Below are positions 1 through 8,325 of a DNA stretch of 20,000 bases, one piece after another. Below the pieces are notes generated by a model. The model did no database searches. It had not been told where the DNA came from and saw only the letters and a list, made by a program, of their open reading frames with translations. The stretch comes from an uncultured virus (IMG/VR IMGVR_UViG_3300006173_000005). Lineage: Duplodnaviria; Heunggongvirae; Uroviricota; Caudoviricetes. The stretch's first letter is position 1; each line of letters starts with the position of its first letter. The translations under genes were made by a program, and so were the position numbers. The stretch lies in IMG/VR virus record IMGVR_UViG_3300006173_000005; one strand, given 5' to 3'.

Positions 1-394
1 TATCCCATAGTATCCCGAAGGTAACAAACCGCTGCTGCAAGGTAGCATTAGCGATAGAGTTATCATCTTTAGTAGTATCAACAATGCGAGACATTAAGTC
101 TTGCATATCCTGCAAGTGTAGCGCTTTTGTTTCCGCTACTACCTGAGGGATATTGACAGGTTGTTTGGCTAGACTATTATCGGCTGTCTCAACCTTATCC
201 CCATAATTATCCCACCAATGCTTCATGGTATAGGTTGATACGTTACGACCTAATAACTTGCGAACAGCTTCTATGCTGGCGTTGGTCGCCATGCCTCCGT
301 GTAGTTTCATCGTAGTCACGGCACGTATTTTGTCCTGTTCGCTGTACGGGCCTTGATGGGTAATAGGTCGTGTGCGTTTTGGGTCTTTGGTCAC
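1..394 (-). CDS. HTH protein, probable terminase small subunit (3' end runs off the window; not in ORF track)
   Basis: GTG at 394 with AAGGTG RBS; reads MTKDPKRTRPITHQGPYSEQDKIRAVTTMKLHGG...AVRKLLGRNVSTYTMKHWW...ATLQQRFVTFGILWD without a stop; N-terminal HTH plus 'GIL.D' helix resembles phage TerS-like proteins. Confidence 0.6.
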   Translation of the reverse strand, partial: MTKDPKRTRPITHQGPYSEQDKIRAVTTMKLHGGMATNASIEAVRKLLGRNVSTYTMKHWWDNYGDKVETADNSLAKQPVNIPQVVAETKALHLQDMQDLMSRIVDTTKDDNSIANATLQQRFVTFGILWD

Positions 395-445
395 GTTTGG
401 ACGTTCACCTTATTATCACTTACTAAAAGTAGCTTACCTACAAAT

Positions 446-475
446 ATTGTATCACGATTATTCTGTAATATGCAA
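446..475 (-). promoter_or_regulatory. Putative sigma70 promoter for the leftward HTH/TerS-like gene
   Basis: TTGCAT-18 bp-TACAAT with extended TGn. Confidence 0.5.
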
Positions 476-555
476 ATTAATTTCAGATGATCATCTTATG
501 CTCATTCAATGATAACCGTATTCAATTATCCCCTCAACCTGTTATGTTTTCGTTA

Positions 556-596
556 TTGACAACTAATCATAGTGGATATATACTAGTAATCATAGT
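556..596 (+). promoter_or_regulatory. Early promoter P1 with tandem A(C/G)TAATCATAGT boxes
   Basis: TTGACA(556-561)-17 bp-TATACT(579-584); repeats at 562-573 and 585-596. Confidence 0.85.
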
Positions 597-623
597 CAAA
601 TAAACAAGGTAACAGGGTGTTCT

Positions 624-812
624 ATGTCTAAGCTCTCTGAACTGAACCAAGCCAATAAACGTATCGCTGAAAAACTCTCAACTGGCAAGTTTAAGGATAC
701 TGGCGTTAAGTATAGTGCGGAACAAGCAGTGGCCGATCATATCAATCCTGCCCTACGCTTGACTGCACAAACATCAACCAATGGTCAATTAACATGGAAA
801 CAAGGTAGCTAA
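624..812 (+). CDS. Hypothetical protein (62 aa)
   Basis: RBS-like AGGGTG; first gene after P1. Confidence 0.7.
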   Translation: MSKLSELNQANKRIAEKLSTGKFKDTGVKYSAEQAVADHINPALRLTAQTSTNGQLTWKQGS

Positions 813-814
813 CA

Positions 815-1063
815 ATGAACAACAAATATTTCTGCCCTTGCTGTGGACATTTTTACGGTCAAGATGATAGCGATGGGCATATCGGCGTTGATAAGATGAT
901 TAGAGTACGGGATAACAGCATCGTACTTATGCTTACATGCTGGAATAGCGATTGTACTTTAAACACAGCAACAACAACCATACGCAGTCTTGAGAATGGC
1001 GATTTATGCGAACGCTTTGAGTGTTGCGAATCGTTTGATTATCAGACCGGATTATCTAAATAA
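815..1063 (+). CDS. Cys-rich, putative zinc-binding hypothetical protein
   Basis: CPCC...CWNSDC motifs; AAGGT RBS. Confidence 0.7.
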   Translation: MNNKYFCPCCGHFYGQDDSDGHIGVDKMIRVRDNSIVLMLTCWNSDCTLNTATTTIRSLENGDLCERFECCESFDYQTGLSK

Positions 1064-1072
1064 GGTCGTGAT

Positions 1073-1210
1073 ATGAACAGAAAACAGCGTCGGGCAGTTC
1101 TACACAGTCAATTGGTTGTCAAGCGATACATAGCCCAAAACTCTATGTATCATGCGTGGGAAGTTGCCCTACACCATTTGTCAAACCTTTATGGTCATAA
1201 GGATTTATAA
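1073..1210 (+). CDS. Small basic hypothetical protein (45 aa, MNRKQRRAVLH...)
   Basis: Fills the gap between neighbours; TAAGGT RBS; not in ORF track. Confidence 0.6.
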   Translation: MNRKQRRAVLHSQLVVKRYIAQNSMYHAWEVALHHLSNLYGHKDL

Positions 1211-1213
1211 ATC

Positions 1214-1873
1214 ATGTATAACAAACCGGATGAATTCGCTAACCTAGAGGAAACACTTATCCATTGGAAGTATCAATATGAGCGCTATCATACAACGCGA
1301 TTGCGATCATGGCGGACGATTACAGGTAAATGGATTGATCCCGCTTGCTTGTTTCAATTGGTAGAACTTGGACTAGCTACAGTCAAACTATTTAACGATA
1401 TGTGGCTAGACAATCAATTCTATTTAACCGACTTAACCCCATTGGTTGATCCCGATAACGACTATTGGTGGCAAAACGACAATAACGATTATCCACGCGA
1501 TACAGTTGAGTATATTGTCTATCTTGAGCCGCGTGTATGGGGCAAAAGACGCCAATTAGCCATTAATCTAATCTACGATCTAGGCAATGGTCATAATCCC
1601 CTAGATCGTATCAATTCAGGATTTTATGACATTGTACTGGATGCTGATATTTATCAATTCATCATGACCGAAGTCAAGCCGTTTAACGAAACATTGCAAT
1701 CTAATCTTGCCTGGTCGAGTATTCAACGTGAAATAGGCGAATTGAACCAAAAAACCGCTGACGTATATGCCTTAACTGATAATTTCAAATTAGAAGCTAA
1801 TAAGCTATCGAATTGGCGCAAGTCCCTGATAGATACAATGCTAATTTTGGTTTATGGGCGCAGCGATAACTAG
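1214..1873 (+). CDS. Hypothetical protein (219 aa)
   Basis: Long ORF with TAAGGA RBS; C-terminal coiled-coil-like segment. Confidence 0.8.
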   Translation: MYNKPDEFANLEETLIHWKYQYERYHTTRLRSWRTITGKWIDPACLFQLVELGLATVKLFNDMWLDNQFYLTDLTPLVDPDNDYWWQNDNNDYPRDTVEYIVYLEPRVWGKRRQLAINLIYDLGNGHNPLDRINSGFYDIVLDADIYQFIMTEVKPFNETLQSNLAWSSIQREIGELNQKTADVYALTDNFKLEANKLSNWRKSLIDTMLILVYGRSDN

Positions 1874-1896
1874 GTAGTACTTTAGTACCAATTCTA

Positions 1897-1951
1897 TTGA
1901 CAACCAATCAAGAGCACTTTATACTAGTAATCATAGTAAGGTTGATGATTA
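1897..1951 (+). promoter_or_regulatory. Early promoter P2 with AATCA boxes and TAATCAT-N10-ATGATTA inverted repeat
   Basis: TTGACA(1897-1902)-17 bp-TATACT(1920-1925)AGTAATCATAGT; downstream part identical to P1. Confidence 0.85.
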
Positions 1952-1970
1952 ATAAGGAATAAGGTGTTCT

Positions 1971-2132
1971 ATGTCTAAGCGCTCACTGTTCAAGATGATT
2001 TTAGCGGTTGCAGAACTAGACCGCGAATTCGCAATCTTTTACATCGAATCTGCGATCAAACAAGCTGATATTTGCCCCGATGAAAACGTTAGCTATTACC
2101 ATGAGCTATTAGCGCTCATTGAGGGTAATTAA
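1971..2132 (+). CDS. Hypothetical protein (53 aa, MSKRSLFKMILAVAELD...)
   Basis: TAAGGTG RBS; start context identical to gene 624; not in ORF track. Confidence 0.75.
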   Translation: MSKRSLFKMILAVAELDREFAIFYIESAIKQADICPDENVSYYHELLALIEGN

Positions 2133-2137
2133 CCAAT

Positions 2138-2434
2138 ATGACACAATCACAGCGTGCTTTACTTGCAGTGGCGGATATGACACAAGGTGAGTATCTAACC
2201 TATCTTGAAGATGAGTACATGATGCTGCTAAAGAGTAGCAATCCTTATCAGGCAATGGATAGCCTAATCGAATTATCCTCATTTATTGCTCGCATTGAGG
2301 ATATTACACCAAAGCAGTTTAACCACTATCGCAAGTTGTATTTACAGGAGAATCCGTATACACAAATCGAGGTTATCGCCAGTCCATTGCCAATTGCAGA
2401 AGAATCAACCGAAGTGCAGTTAAGTTTATTCTAA
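2138..2434 (+). CDS. Hypothetical protein with C-terminal QLSLF (beta-clamp-binding consensus)
   Basis: GAGGGT RBS; ends ...EVQLSLF. Confidence 0.75.
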   Translation: MTQSQRALLAVADMTQGEYLTYLEDEYMMLLKSSNPYQAMDSLIELSSFIARIEDITPKQFNHYRKLYLQENPYTQIEVIASPLPIAEESTEVQLSLF

Positions 2435-2488
2435 ATTTAACGGAATAGGCCATAAGTGAGGACTTATGGCTTAACCCGTGCAATTTAG
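2431..2488 (+). promoter_or_regulatory. Long imperfect intergenic hairpin (RNase III-type or stabiliser)
   Basis: CTAAATT..ACGG..GCCATAAGT-gagg-ACTTATGGC..CCGT..AATTTAG; no U-tract. Confidence 0.55.
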
Positions 2489-2520
2489 CACGATAAGCAA
2501 AGTATGAGGGAATAACTATC

Positions 2521-3009
2521 ATGTCTTACTCAAGTAAAGTTAACAACTGGCGTCGTGAATTTATGGACAAGTTCGGAAAAATGGCGGTGAAATATACTCC
2601 ATATACTGAACATGGCAATCTGATCGCCTACGATCAAGCGCGGGAAGTGGCTAAATTGATTATGCGTCATGCTGCTACTCACCAACGATTGCAAGAGGAA
2701 GAATGCAACGGCGTTGATTTTATGGCCCCATATTCATCAGCCTATATGCTGAATCTATACAATAATGATCGCCCCGCTCATACAGCGCTTATGGCAAAAA
2801 TTTCACAGCGCTATGATCGTTGGGAGAAACGTCTACAGCACCGCCAAGAACTAATTGAACGTCGTATCTTGCAACTTGCTGCACAATTTGGATTTAGTGC
2901 TGTGTTTGAAGGCGATCCACGCGGGGCAACCGTCAAAATCATATTTCCCGATGGGTCATACGATGACTCTGCACATGAGGGCTGGTGCGTTCCGACCAAT
3001 AATCGATAA
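2521..3009 (+). CDS. Hypothetical phage protein (162 aa, C-terminal GDPRG motif)
   Basis: GAGGG RBS; long ORF. Confidence 0.8.
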   Translation: MSYSSKVNNWRREFMDKFGKMAVKYTPYTEHGNLIAYDQAREVAKLIMRHAATHQRLQEEECNGVDFMAPYSSAYMLNLYNNDRPAHTALMAKISQRYDRWEKRLQHRQELIERRILQLAAQFGFSAVFEGDPRGATVKIIFPDGSYDDSAHEGWCVPTNNR

Positions 3010-3013
3010 TCTC

Positions 3014-3072
3014 GTTTAATCCCTCACACACTGCGCATTAAGGTAATAGTGCGCAGTAGTGAGCGAATAAGC
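3014..3072 (+). promoter_or_regulatory. Long imperfect intergenic hairpin (RNase III-type or stabiliser)
   Basis: CTCAC..ACTGCGCATTA-aggtaa-TAGTGCGCAGT..GTGAG; ends just before the AAGGA RBS. Confidence 0.55.
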
Positions 3073-3088
3073 ATAAGGATAACGCACC

Positions 3089-3445
3089 ATGACCACCAAC
3101 GATATTGAAATTTTAGCCCTAGCCTATAAAGCCTCTCAAGCATGGCGCGAATATGCTGCAATGCGTGCTATCGTGGATCGGGCAGAAGAGTATATGAATT
3201 CAATTCCATTGCTAAATAATCCTAAAGACAATTTTGATGAATACGAAGCTGCATACAATATCTTGTGCGATTTTAGGGTAACACTAGACTGCTACGCCAG
3301 TGTGCGCGATAACGCTTTTCTTAACTGGCGTCACAAACTGCCAGAGATGAATAGTTTCATCGCTTACAATCGCTGTAACACAATGGCGCGACAATATGAA
3401 ACACTGCTACAAAACAGCTATCTACAGTTTATCAAGTCGGTTTAA
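3089..3445 (+). CDS. Hypothetical protein (118 aa)
   Basis: TAAGGA RBS. Confidence 0.8.
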   Translation: MTTNDIEILALAYKASQAWREYAAMRAIVDRAEEYMNSIPLLNNPKDNFDEYEAAYNILCDFRVTLDCYASVRDNAFLNWRHKLPEMNSFIAYNRCNTMARQYETLLQNSYLQFIKSV

Positions 3446-3458
3446 GGACTATACGCTC

Positions 3459-3749
3459 ATGTATAAGCAGATTTATAAAAATCAATATGGTATGCACCGC
3501 AAAAATAAGACGCTATGTACTCCTGATGATAGCTGCCCTGTTGGTGGACGTAGTAACTTACATCACGTTATGCAAGCTGCTTATAAAACCTATGTATACG
3601 AGCGCTGTTATCTGTGTGATCCACTAACTTTTATGGATCGTTATCCGGTTGAGTACATTAAGCAGCACATGGACTATTTCAAGCAAGAAATTAGAAACAC
3701 TTATCAGCTATCCAATAGCTTCAAGTATAGCAAAGCAGCACAAGGATAA
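3459..3749 (+). CDS. Hypothetical protein (96 aa, Cys/His-containing)
   Basis: Start moved to ATG 3459 (TAAGGA RBS) from the track's 3396. Confidence 0.7.
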   Translation: MYKQIYKNQYGMHRKNKTLCTPDDSCPVGGRSNLHHVMQAAYKTYVYERCYLCDPLTFMDRYPVEYIKQHMDYFKQEIRNTYQLSNSFKYSKAAQG

Positions 3750-3757
3750 GGTGTACT

Positions 3758-4846
3758 ATGTCTCAGGTGGAATTAAAACAAGTAAACATATCAGATGTTC
3801 GAATCCGGTTTAACTACCGAGAAGAATATAATCAAGAATTCCTCTCATGGTTAACTGATCAAATTGCCACTAAGGGTTTTAATCCCGCTAAACCATTGGA
3901 CGTTTACCTTGAAGACGGTATCTACTGGATTGTAGATGGCAATACGCGCTATACAGCCGCTATGCGTGTCGCACTAGCAAAGCCCTATACACTCTATCCA
4001 GAATGTCCCATATGGGTAGCTGTACGCCGACATAAGCCTAGCGACGCTGAATTTGCACTATACAGCGCGCAGGGCAACGAAACTAACCGTGAGGTTGATA
4101 TTGTCTCTCAAGCAAAGAATTATCAACGCATCCTAGACGGCGGTCTGACCATTGCCGATATTTGTAAGCAACTAAACCACACGACTACCTATGTTGAAGA
4201 TAGACTTGCTATCCTTAAACTGGCAGATGGTATTCAGGATTATGTCAAAAAAGGCAGTTTAACTATTAAGTTTGCCGTAACCATGTCCAAGCTAAATTTC
4301 AACCGCCAATGGATTGCATTTAAGGCTTACAACTTACGCAATCTCAAACTGTGCGATTTTGAAGATATGGTCAACGATTTATACATGCAGCAAGAAAAAG
4401 AGAATCAAAAAGACTTCTTTGGTCTGATGTCAATTGAAGAAATAGAGGCAAAAGCGCAAGAACTCGCCAGCACTATACAGACCACCAAGACACCAAAGAT
4501 CAGCGACTTAGAAGCACAGCTAGAGCTAGAGCGCAAAGCACGGCTAGAGGCTGAACAAAAAGCACTAGCCGAAGCACAGGAGCGCGAACGCATCTATAAG
4601 GCTGGCGAACAGCTATACAATCGCTATACAGCCCTGCTTAAAGAATTCGAGTACCAAAAGACTACACTCAATCTACTCGAAGTCCATAACGCAGCACTTG
4701 AGATACAACTAGAGACACCAAAATCGAAATCTACCAAACGCACCAGCAAAGCTAAACAGGCTTCTCTCAATTTCGACGAGATGACAGAAGAAGAAAAGAT
4801 TAAGTTTATCGTCAACAATCCAGACCTAATCAATCCGAAGGACTAA
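3758..4846 (+). CDS. ParB/Srx-like N-terminal domain protein with HTH and coiled-coil tail
   Basis: 'FNYRE', 'PLDVY...YWIVDGNTRYTA' and 'N..R' ParB-N motifs; HTH 'TIADICKQLNHTTTYVEDRLAIL'. Confidence 0.85.
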   Translation: MSQVELKQVNISDVRIRFNYREEYNQEFLSWLTDQIATKGFNPAKPLDVYLEDGIYWIVDGNTRYTAAMRVALAKPYTLYPECPIWVAVRRHKPSDAEFALYSAQGNETNREVDIVSQAKNYQRILDGGLTIADICKQLNHTTTYVEDRLAILKLADGIQDYVKKGSLTIKFAVTMSKLNFNRQWIAFKAYNLRNLKLCDFEDMVNDLYMQQEKENQKDFFGLMSIEEIEAKAQELASTIQTTKTPKISDLEAQLELERKARLEAEQKALAEAQERERIYKAGEQLYNRYTALLKEFEYQKTTLNLLEVHNAALEIQLETPKSKSTKRTSKAKQASLNFDEMTEEEKIKFIVNNPDLINPKD

Positions 4847-4852
4847 ACTATC

Positions 4853-5356
4853 ATGACCACCACATTACTACTACCCGCTACAGCCTCACGCACCAAACAC
4901 GAACGCCGGATGATTCTTTGGGCGCTTGCCAAAGCTGGCAATAACGTCAAAGGTAATAGTCCACGCCAGTACGATACAAATTGTCATTATCCTGTTATTT
5001 ATCTGCCTGCGCCTATACAGCCTATCAGCGACGATCCATTTGAATCCGATGAAGCTGATATCGTAGCGACCTACGATGGGGCTTATTGCAGCATCCGCGT
5101 ACTTATCGGTAGACTGCTGCCACAAAGCACCCAAAACGCTCTCTTTACTCGCATCGGTACAATTGGCTCTCATATCGCCCGATGCACCGTTAATCTGTCC
5201 ACAAACGCCAATAACACCGTACTGGTTATTACACCTAACAAAACTATACAGGCCCGTGAAATCGACACCCTAAAAGCACTGGCGGTTTCCGTTGTACGTG
5301 GCTTTATCATTGAACTCGATAACACACCTGTCGCTATACAGACCAGTCTATTCTAA
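4853..5356 (+). CDS. Hypothetical protein with C-terminal QTSLF (clamp-binding-like)
   Basis: GAAGGA RBS; ends ...AIQTSLF. Confidence 0.75.
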   Translation: MTTTLLLPATASRTKHERRMILWALAKAGNNVKGNSPRQYDTNCHYPVIYLPAPIQPISDDPFESDEADIVATYDGAYCSIRVLIGRLLPQSTQNALFTRIGTIGSHIARCTVNLSTNANNTVLVITPNKTIQAREIDTLKALAVSVVRGFIIELDNTPVAIQTSLF

Positions 5357-5376
5357 GTTGTAACCATTGGCGACAG

Positions 5377-5417
5377 TTGACAAGTAATCATTAAACGGCT
5401 ATACTAGAAATCAAGAT
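5377..5417 (+). promoter_or_regulatory. Early promoter P3 with AATCA boxes
   Basis: TTGACA(5377-5382)-17 bp-TATACT(5400-5405); AGTAATCA and AGAAATCA boxes at the same positions as in P1/P2. Confidence 0.85.
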
Positions 5418-5433
5418 AAATTGGGAGGTAAAC

Positions 5434-5649
5434 ATGAATCGCACCGTCAAAGAAATTATTAGGCTGCACAAGTCCGGTTACACAAACCATCGTATCGCAG
5501 AAGCGCTGAATGTAGAGCATGGACTTGTGCGCGACACCATCAATAAGTTGTACGACCAGAAAGCCCAAGTAGGTCAACACAAAGACCTAGCCAAGAATAC
5601 GGCTAATTATCGAACCGCATCAACACGCAAAGCAAAGAACAGGGGTTAA
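5434..5649 (+). CDS. Small HTH DNA-binding protein
   Basis: GGGAGG RBS; 'IIRLHKSGYTNHRIAEALNVEHGLVRDTI' HTH pattern. Confidence 0.8.
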   Translation: MNRTVKEIIRLHKSGYTNHRIAEALNVEHGLVRDTINKLYDQKAQVGQHKDLAKNTANYRTASTRKAKNRG

Positions 5650-5651
5650 CC

Positions 5652-5903
5652 ATGAAGCGAATTGCTATTGCTACATTCATTCTATTTGTCGCATTGTTCT
5701 GTCTGACAATGCAAAGCGACACAGAACTATCTTATACATGCCAACTTAACAAACAGCAACTACAAGTCATCGCGCTACTCAAATCGCGTAGTGACACACC
5801 TGCCAATTTTATCAGCGCAGAACAAGCGCGATTCTGCGATGAAAACAAAATTCGCTCCATGATGAATATTTCACACAGTGAGCCTGTCTACAATGACCAG
5901 TAG
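5652..5903 (+). CDS. Signal-peptide/membrane-anchored hypothetical protein
   Basis: MKR plus hydrophobic stretch IAIATFILFVALFCL. Confidence 0.7.
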   Translation: MKRIAIATFILFVALFCLTMQSDTELSYTCQLNKQQLQVIALLKSRSDTPANFISAEQARFCDENKIRSMMNISHSEPVYNDQ

Positions 5904-6456
5904 TACTATACTTGCAAAACCTATACAGTCTACAAATGTAGACGGCGCTATGCAGGAACTACGAGCGCTGCTCCTACTCAGTAACGCACCAGCCGTCGAA
6001 GTAGACTACTATACAGCCCGATTAGACGCACTGGCGTTCGTTAGCCTGCCAGATCGCCAGCCCGATGAACCTGACATAGCAATCGCATGGGCTTATGGTC
6101 TGCTTTCAGTGATTGGCGTAGACCCCTATTATCCTGCCCAGAAGGGCGACCAAGCCTTCTGGTTATCCGATGGTGGTCAACTACTGGCAGGCGTGCTATA
6201 CAACGCCTATACGGGCCGATTGATAGCCATTAAAGATGCAGCGGAAATGTTGGGAATATTCCCACAGAACATCGGGCGCTGGGTAAAGCCCGGAATGCTG
6301 ACTGCTGTACCACTACCGCGCTGGACGCAGACCAAGTGGAGCGCCTATTACCGTGAACGTCGTGGGGATACTGAGCGCGTCCATTATATGCTCGTGCGCA
6401 GTGAAGTGATGAAGCTCAAACGGCATCGCACCCAAGCAAAAAAGCACAAGGAATAA
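5878..6456 (+). CDS. Protein with excisionase/MerR-like HTH (start uncertain)
   Basis: 'IAIKDAAEMLGIFPQNIGRWVKPGML...RSEV'. Confidence 0.7.
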   Translation: MSLSTMTSSTILAKPIQSTNVDGAMQELRALLLLSNAPAVEVDYYTARLDALAFVSLPDRQPDEPDIAIAWAYGLLSVIGVDPYYPAQKGDQAFWLSDGGQLLAGVLYNAYTGRLIAIKDAAEMLGIFPQNIGRWVKPGMLTAVPLPRWTQTKWSAYYRERRGDTERVHYMLVRSEVMKLKRHRTQAKKHKE

Positions 6457-6460
6457 CACT

Positions 6461-6694
6461 ATGGACACCGAATGGTATCTACGAGGTCGGGGTGTCACGA
6501 TTAAGGCAGGTGCAGTGTCCAAGTTTGGCGCAAAGTTTGAGCGCGATACGAAGGGTACACTGGCCCGTGACACCGAACCTGATGCAGAGAAATTCTCAGT
6601 ATGGCTATACGAGCCGGTGAGTAATCGGTATATCGACAATGTGAAAACTGTCGTTATACCACGTGAATTCGTTGAATTTGAGCAGGGAGGATAA
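6461..6694 (+). CDS. Hypothetical protein (77 aa)
   Basis: AAGGA RBS. Confidence 0.75.
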   Translation: MDTEWYLRGRGVTIKAGAVSKFGAKFERDTKGTLARDTEPDAEKFSVWLYEPVSNRYIDNVKTVVIPREFVEFEQGG

Positions 6695-6817
6695 ATGTTT
6701 CTATTACTAGTATTATCCATCGTGGTTCATTTTGGTCTATACATCCATCGTCGTGCGCAGTTCCAAAAGCGCGCCAACATTCCTATGCCAACGCATCAAC
6801 TACCGAAGTATCGCTAA
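6695..6817 (+). CDS. Small single-TM protein (40 aa, MFLLLVLSIVVHFGLYIHRR...)
   Basis: GGGAGG RBS; abuts the previous stop; not in ORF track. Confidence 0.65.
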   Translation: MFLLLVLSIVVHFGLYIHRRAQFQKRANIPMPTHQLPKYR

Positions 6818-6858
6818 GTCTATACTGTCCATATTGCACAAAGAAGAAATATCTAATC

Positions 6859-7095
6859 ATGACCAATCATATTACTCATCAAGCGCTCGATCAGAGTGAA
6901 ACTTACTGCTATTCATGGTGGGAAGATGGCACAGTTACCCGCAGTTTACTTGATCGTCCTACCGCACACAGAGATGAACACGGCTATTACGTTTATGGCT
7001 CACTTCGCATCAATCCACATGTACCAGTGATTCCACCGCCCACTTGGAACAATGTCGAATTCAAGTCCCGCATTGCAACTAAGTATGCCAAATAA
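6859..7095 (+). CDS. Hypothetical protein (78 aa)
   Basis: ORF with purine-rich leader. Confidence 0.7.
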   Translation: MTNHITHQALDQSETYCYSWWEDGTVTRSLLDRPTAHRDEHGYYVYGSLRINPHVPVIPPPTWNNVEFKSRIATKYAK

Positions 7096-7178
7096 TCTCC
7101 ACAATCACTAACAATCATTGGGGGCTGCGCATCCATGATTACGCAGAATTTCAGCAATAAGAAGGAAATCTAACTATC

Positions 7179-7472
7179 ATGTCTGACAATCTACAGGTTT
7201 ACGTTATCACTTGGCACGGCGTTGTTGTGGCAATATTCACCGACCAACGGCAAGCCCTGTTACATGCACGTGGACTAGCGCGTACAGAAATGGGTGATTA
7301 TCGAGAGCAAGGGTCTCCTGAACATTTCATGAACTTCTATAACGAAATAGGAGAAAACGCACCAATCACTTTATCTGGACATCTAGTTAATGCACCAGAC
7401 AGATTAGATGAAGCCTATCACGATGCTGCCATCTCGTATGAAATAGCTCAACGTATCGTATCAGGCTACTAA
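7179..7472 (+). CDS. Hypothetical protein (97 aa); predicted target of the sRNA at 12550-12637
   Basis: GAAGGA RBS; 'VYVITWHGVVVAIFTDQRQA' beta-beta-alpha pattern. Confidence 0.8.
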   Translation: MSDNLQVYVITWHGVVVAIFTDQRQALLHARGLARTEMGDYREQGSPEHFMNFYNEIGENAPITLSGHLVNAPDRLDEAYHDAAISYEIAQRIVSGY

Positions 7473-7484
7473 TCCTCCACCACC

Positions 7485-7512
7485 AAAACGGGCTACCCAT
7501 CAGTAGCCCGTT
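7485..7512. terminator. Intrinsic terminator between the convergent blocks
   Basis: AACGGGCTAC-ccatca-GTAGCCCGTT with U-tract on the minus strand. Confidence 0.8.
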
Positions 7513-7517
7513 CTCAT

Positions 7518-7811
7518 TTATACACCATATCTCTCCGTAAGATACTCCAGCGCATCAACCAATCTATCTACAGTATCAATGTCAAAAACGTCAGTTTCCA
7601 TAGCGCTTAAAAACATTAAATGCTTCTTGCATTGATCGCAGTAAACTTCTATCTCCCAGACATCAATATGCCCTTCCTCGGTAACGTAGCTCACATCTAT
7701 GCTAATATCGTGCGCCTGATGAACTTCAAATTTATCACTGTATCCATATGCGTACAGTCTATTCAGTAGATCGTAAATGCGCGGATCGTCATTGATATGG
7801 TAACTCATCAC
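7518..7811 (-). CDS. Acidic hypothetical protein
   Basis: Overlaps the previous stop (GTGA). Confidence 0.7.
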   Translation of the reverse strand: MMSYHINDDPRIYDLLNRLYAYGYSDKFEVHQAHDISIDVSYVTEEGHIDVWEIEVYCDQCKKHLMFLSAMETDVFDIDTVDRLVDALEYLTERYGV

Positions 7812-7984
7812 TTCTCATCCAATAATGCCTGTATCGTCAAATCTATACTCGCAAGCTGCTTTCTCGTAAATGCTAGAGGCGCTCCCGGCTTTTGTAACAA
7901 TTGAATTAGCCGTTCACGTTCCGCCTGTAATTTGGCTATCTGCTCTTGCTTTGCCCATTGCCTCTGCGAAAATAACTTATCCAT
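7808..7984 (-). CDS. Small coiled-coil hypothetical protein
   Basis: GGAGG upstream of ATG 7984. Confidence 0.65.
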   Translation of the reverse strand: MDKLFSQRQWAKQEQIAKLQAERERLIQLLQKPGAPLAFTRKQLASIDLTIQALLDEK

Positions 7985-7989
7985 CGTGA

Positions 7990-8325
7990 TTAATTGTCCT
8001 CCCAAAAGTTTATCCAGGCTTGATAGATACTCTCACGCTCATCTGGCGACACCCCGCGACATTCATGCTCAACCGCCGCTCTTGCAGCATCAGGGTCGGG
8101 CTGCTGGCTAATAAGTTCGTTTAATCGCTTCACCCTGCCTATACGGGCGTCTGCCTCATCCATATCGGACTTCGCTAGTTCAAGGGCGTCCTTGAGGGCG
8201 CTGAACGCCTCCGTGATACCCTCAGCGATTTGTCGAAACTCATCCTGAAAGTGTGCGATCATCTCTTGTTCGGTTAAGTAAATTTGCCGTTGCCGCTCAT
8301 CATCAAAGTAGATTTTATTGCTCAT
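7990..8325 (-). CDS. Hypothetical helical protein
   Basis: AAGGTG RBS before ATG 8325. Confidence 0.7.
   Translation of the reverse strand: MSNKIYFDDERQRQIYLTEQEMIAHFQDEFRQIAEGITEAFSALKDALELAKSDMDEADARIGRVKRLNELISQQPDPDAARAAVEHECRGVSPDERESIYQAWINFWEDN

Noticed and set aside
6821..6826. Fourth TATACT early promoter
   Set aside because: No -35 at the right spacing and no AATCA boxes; cannot be supported
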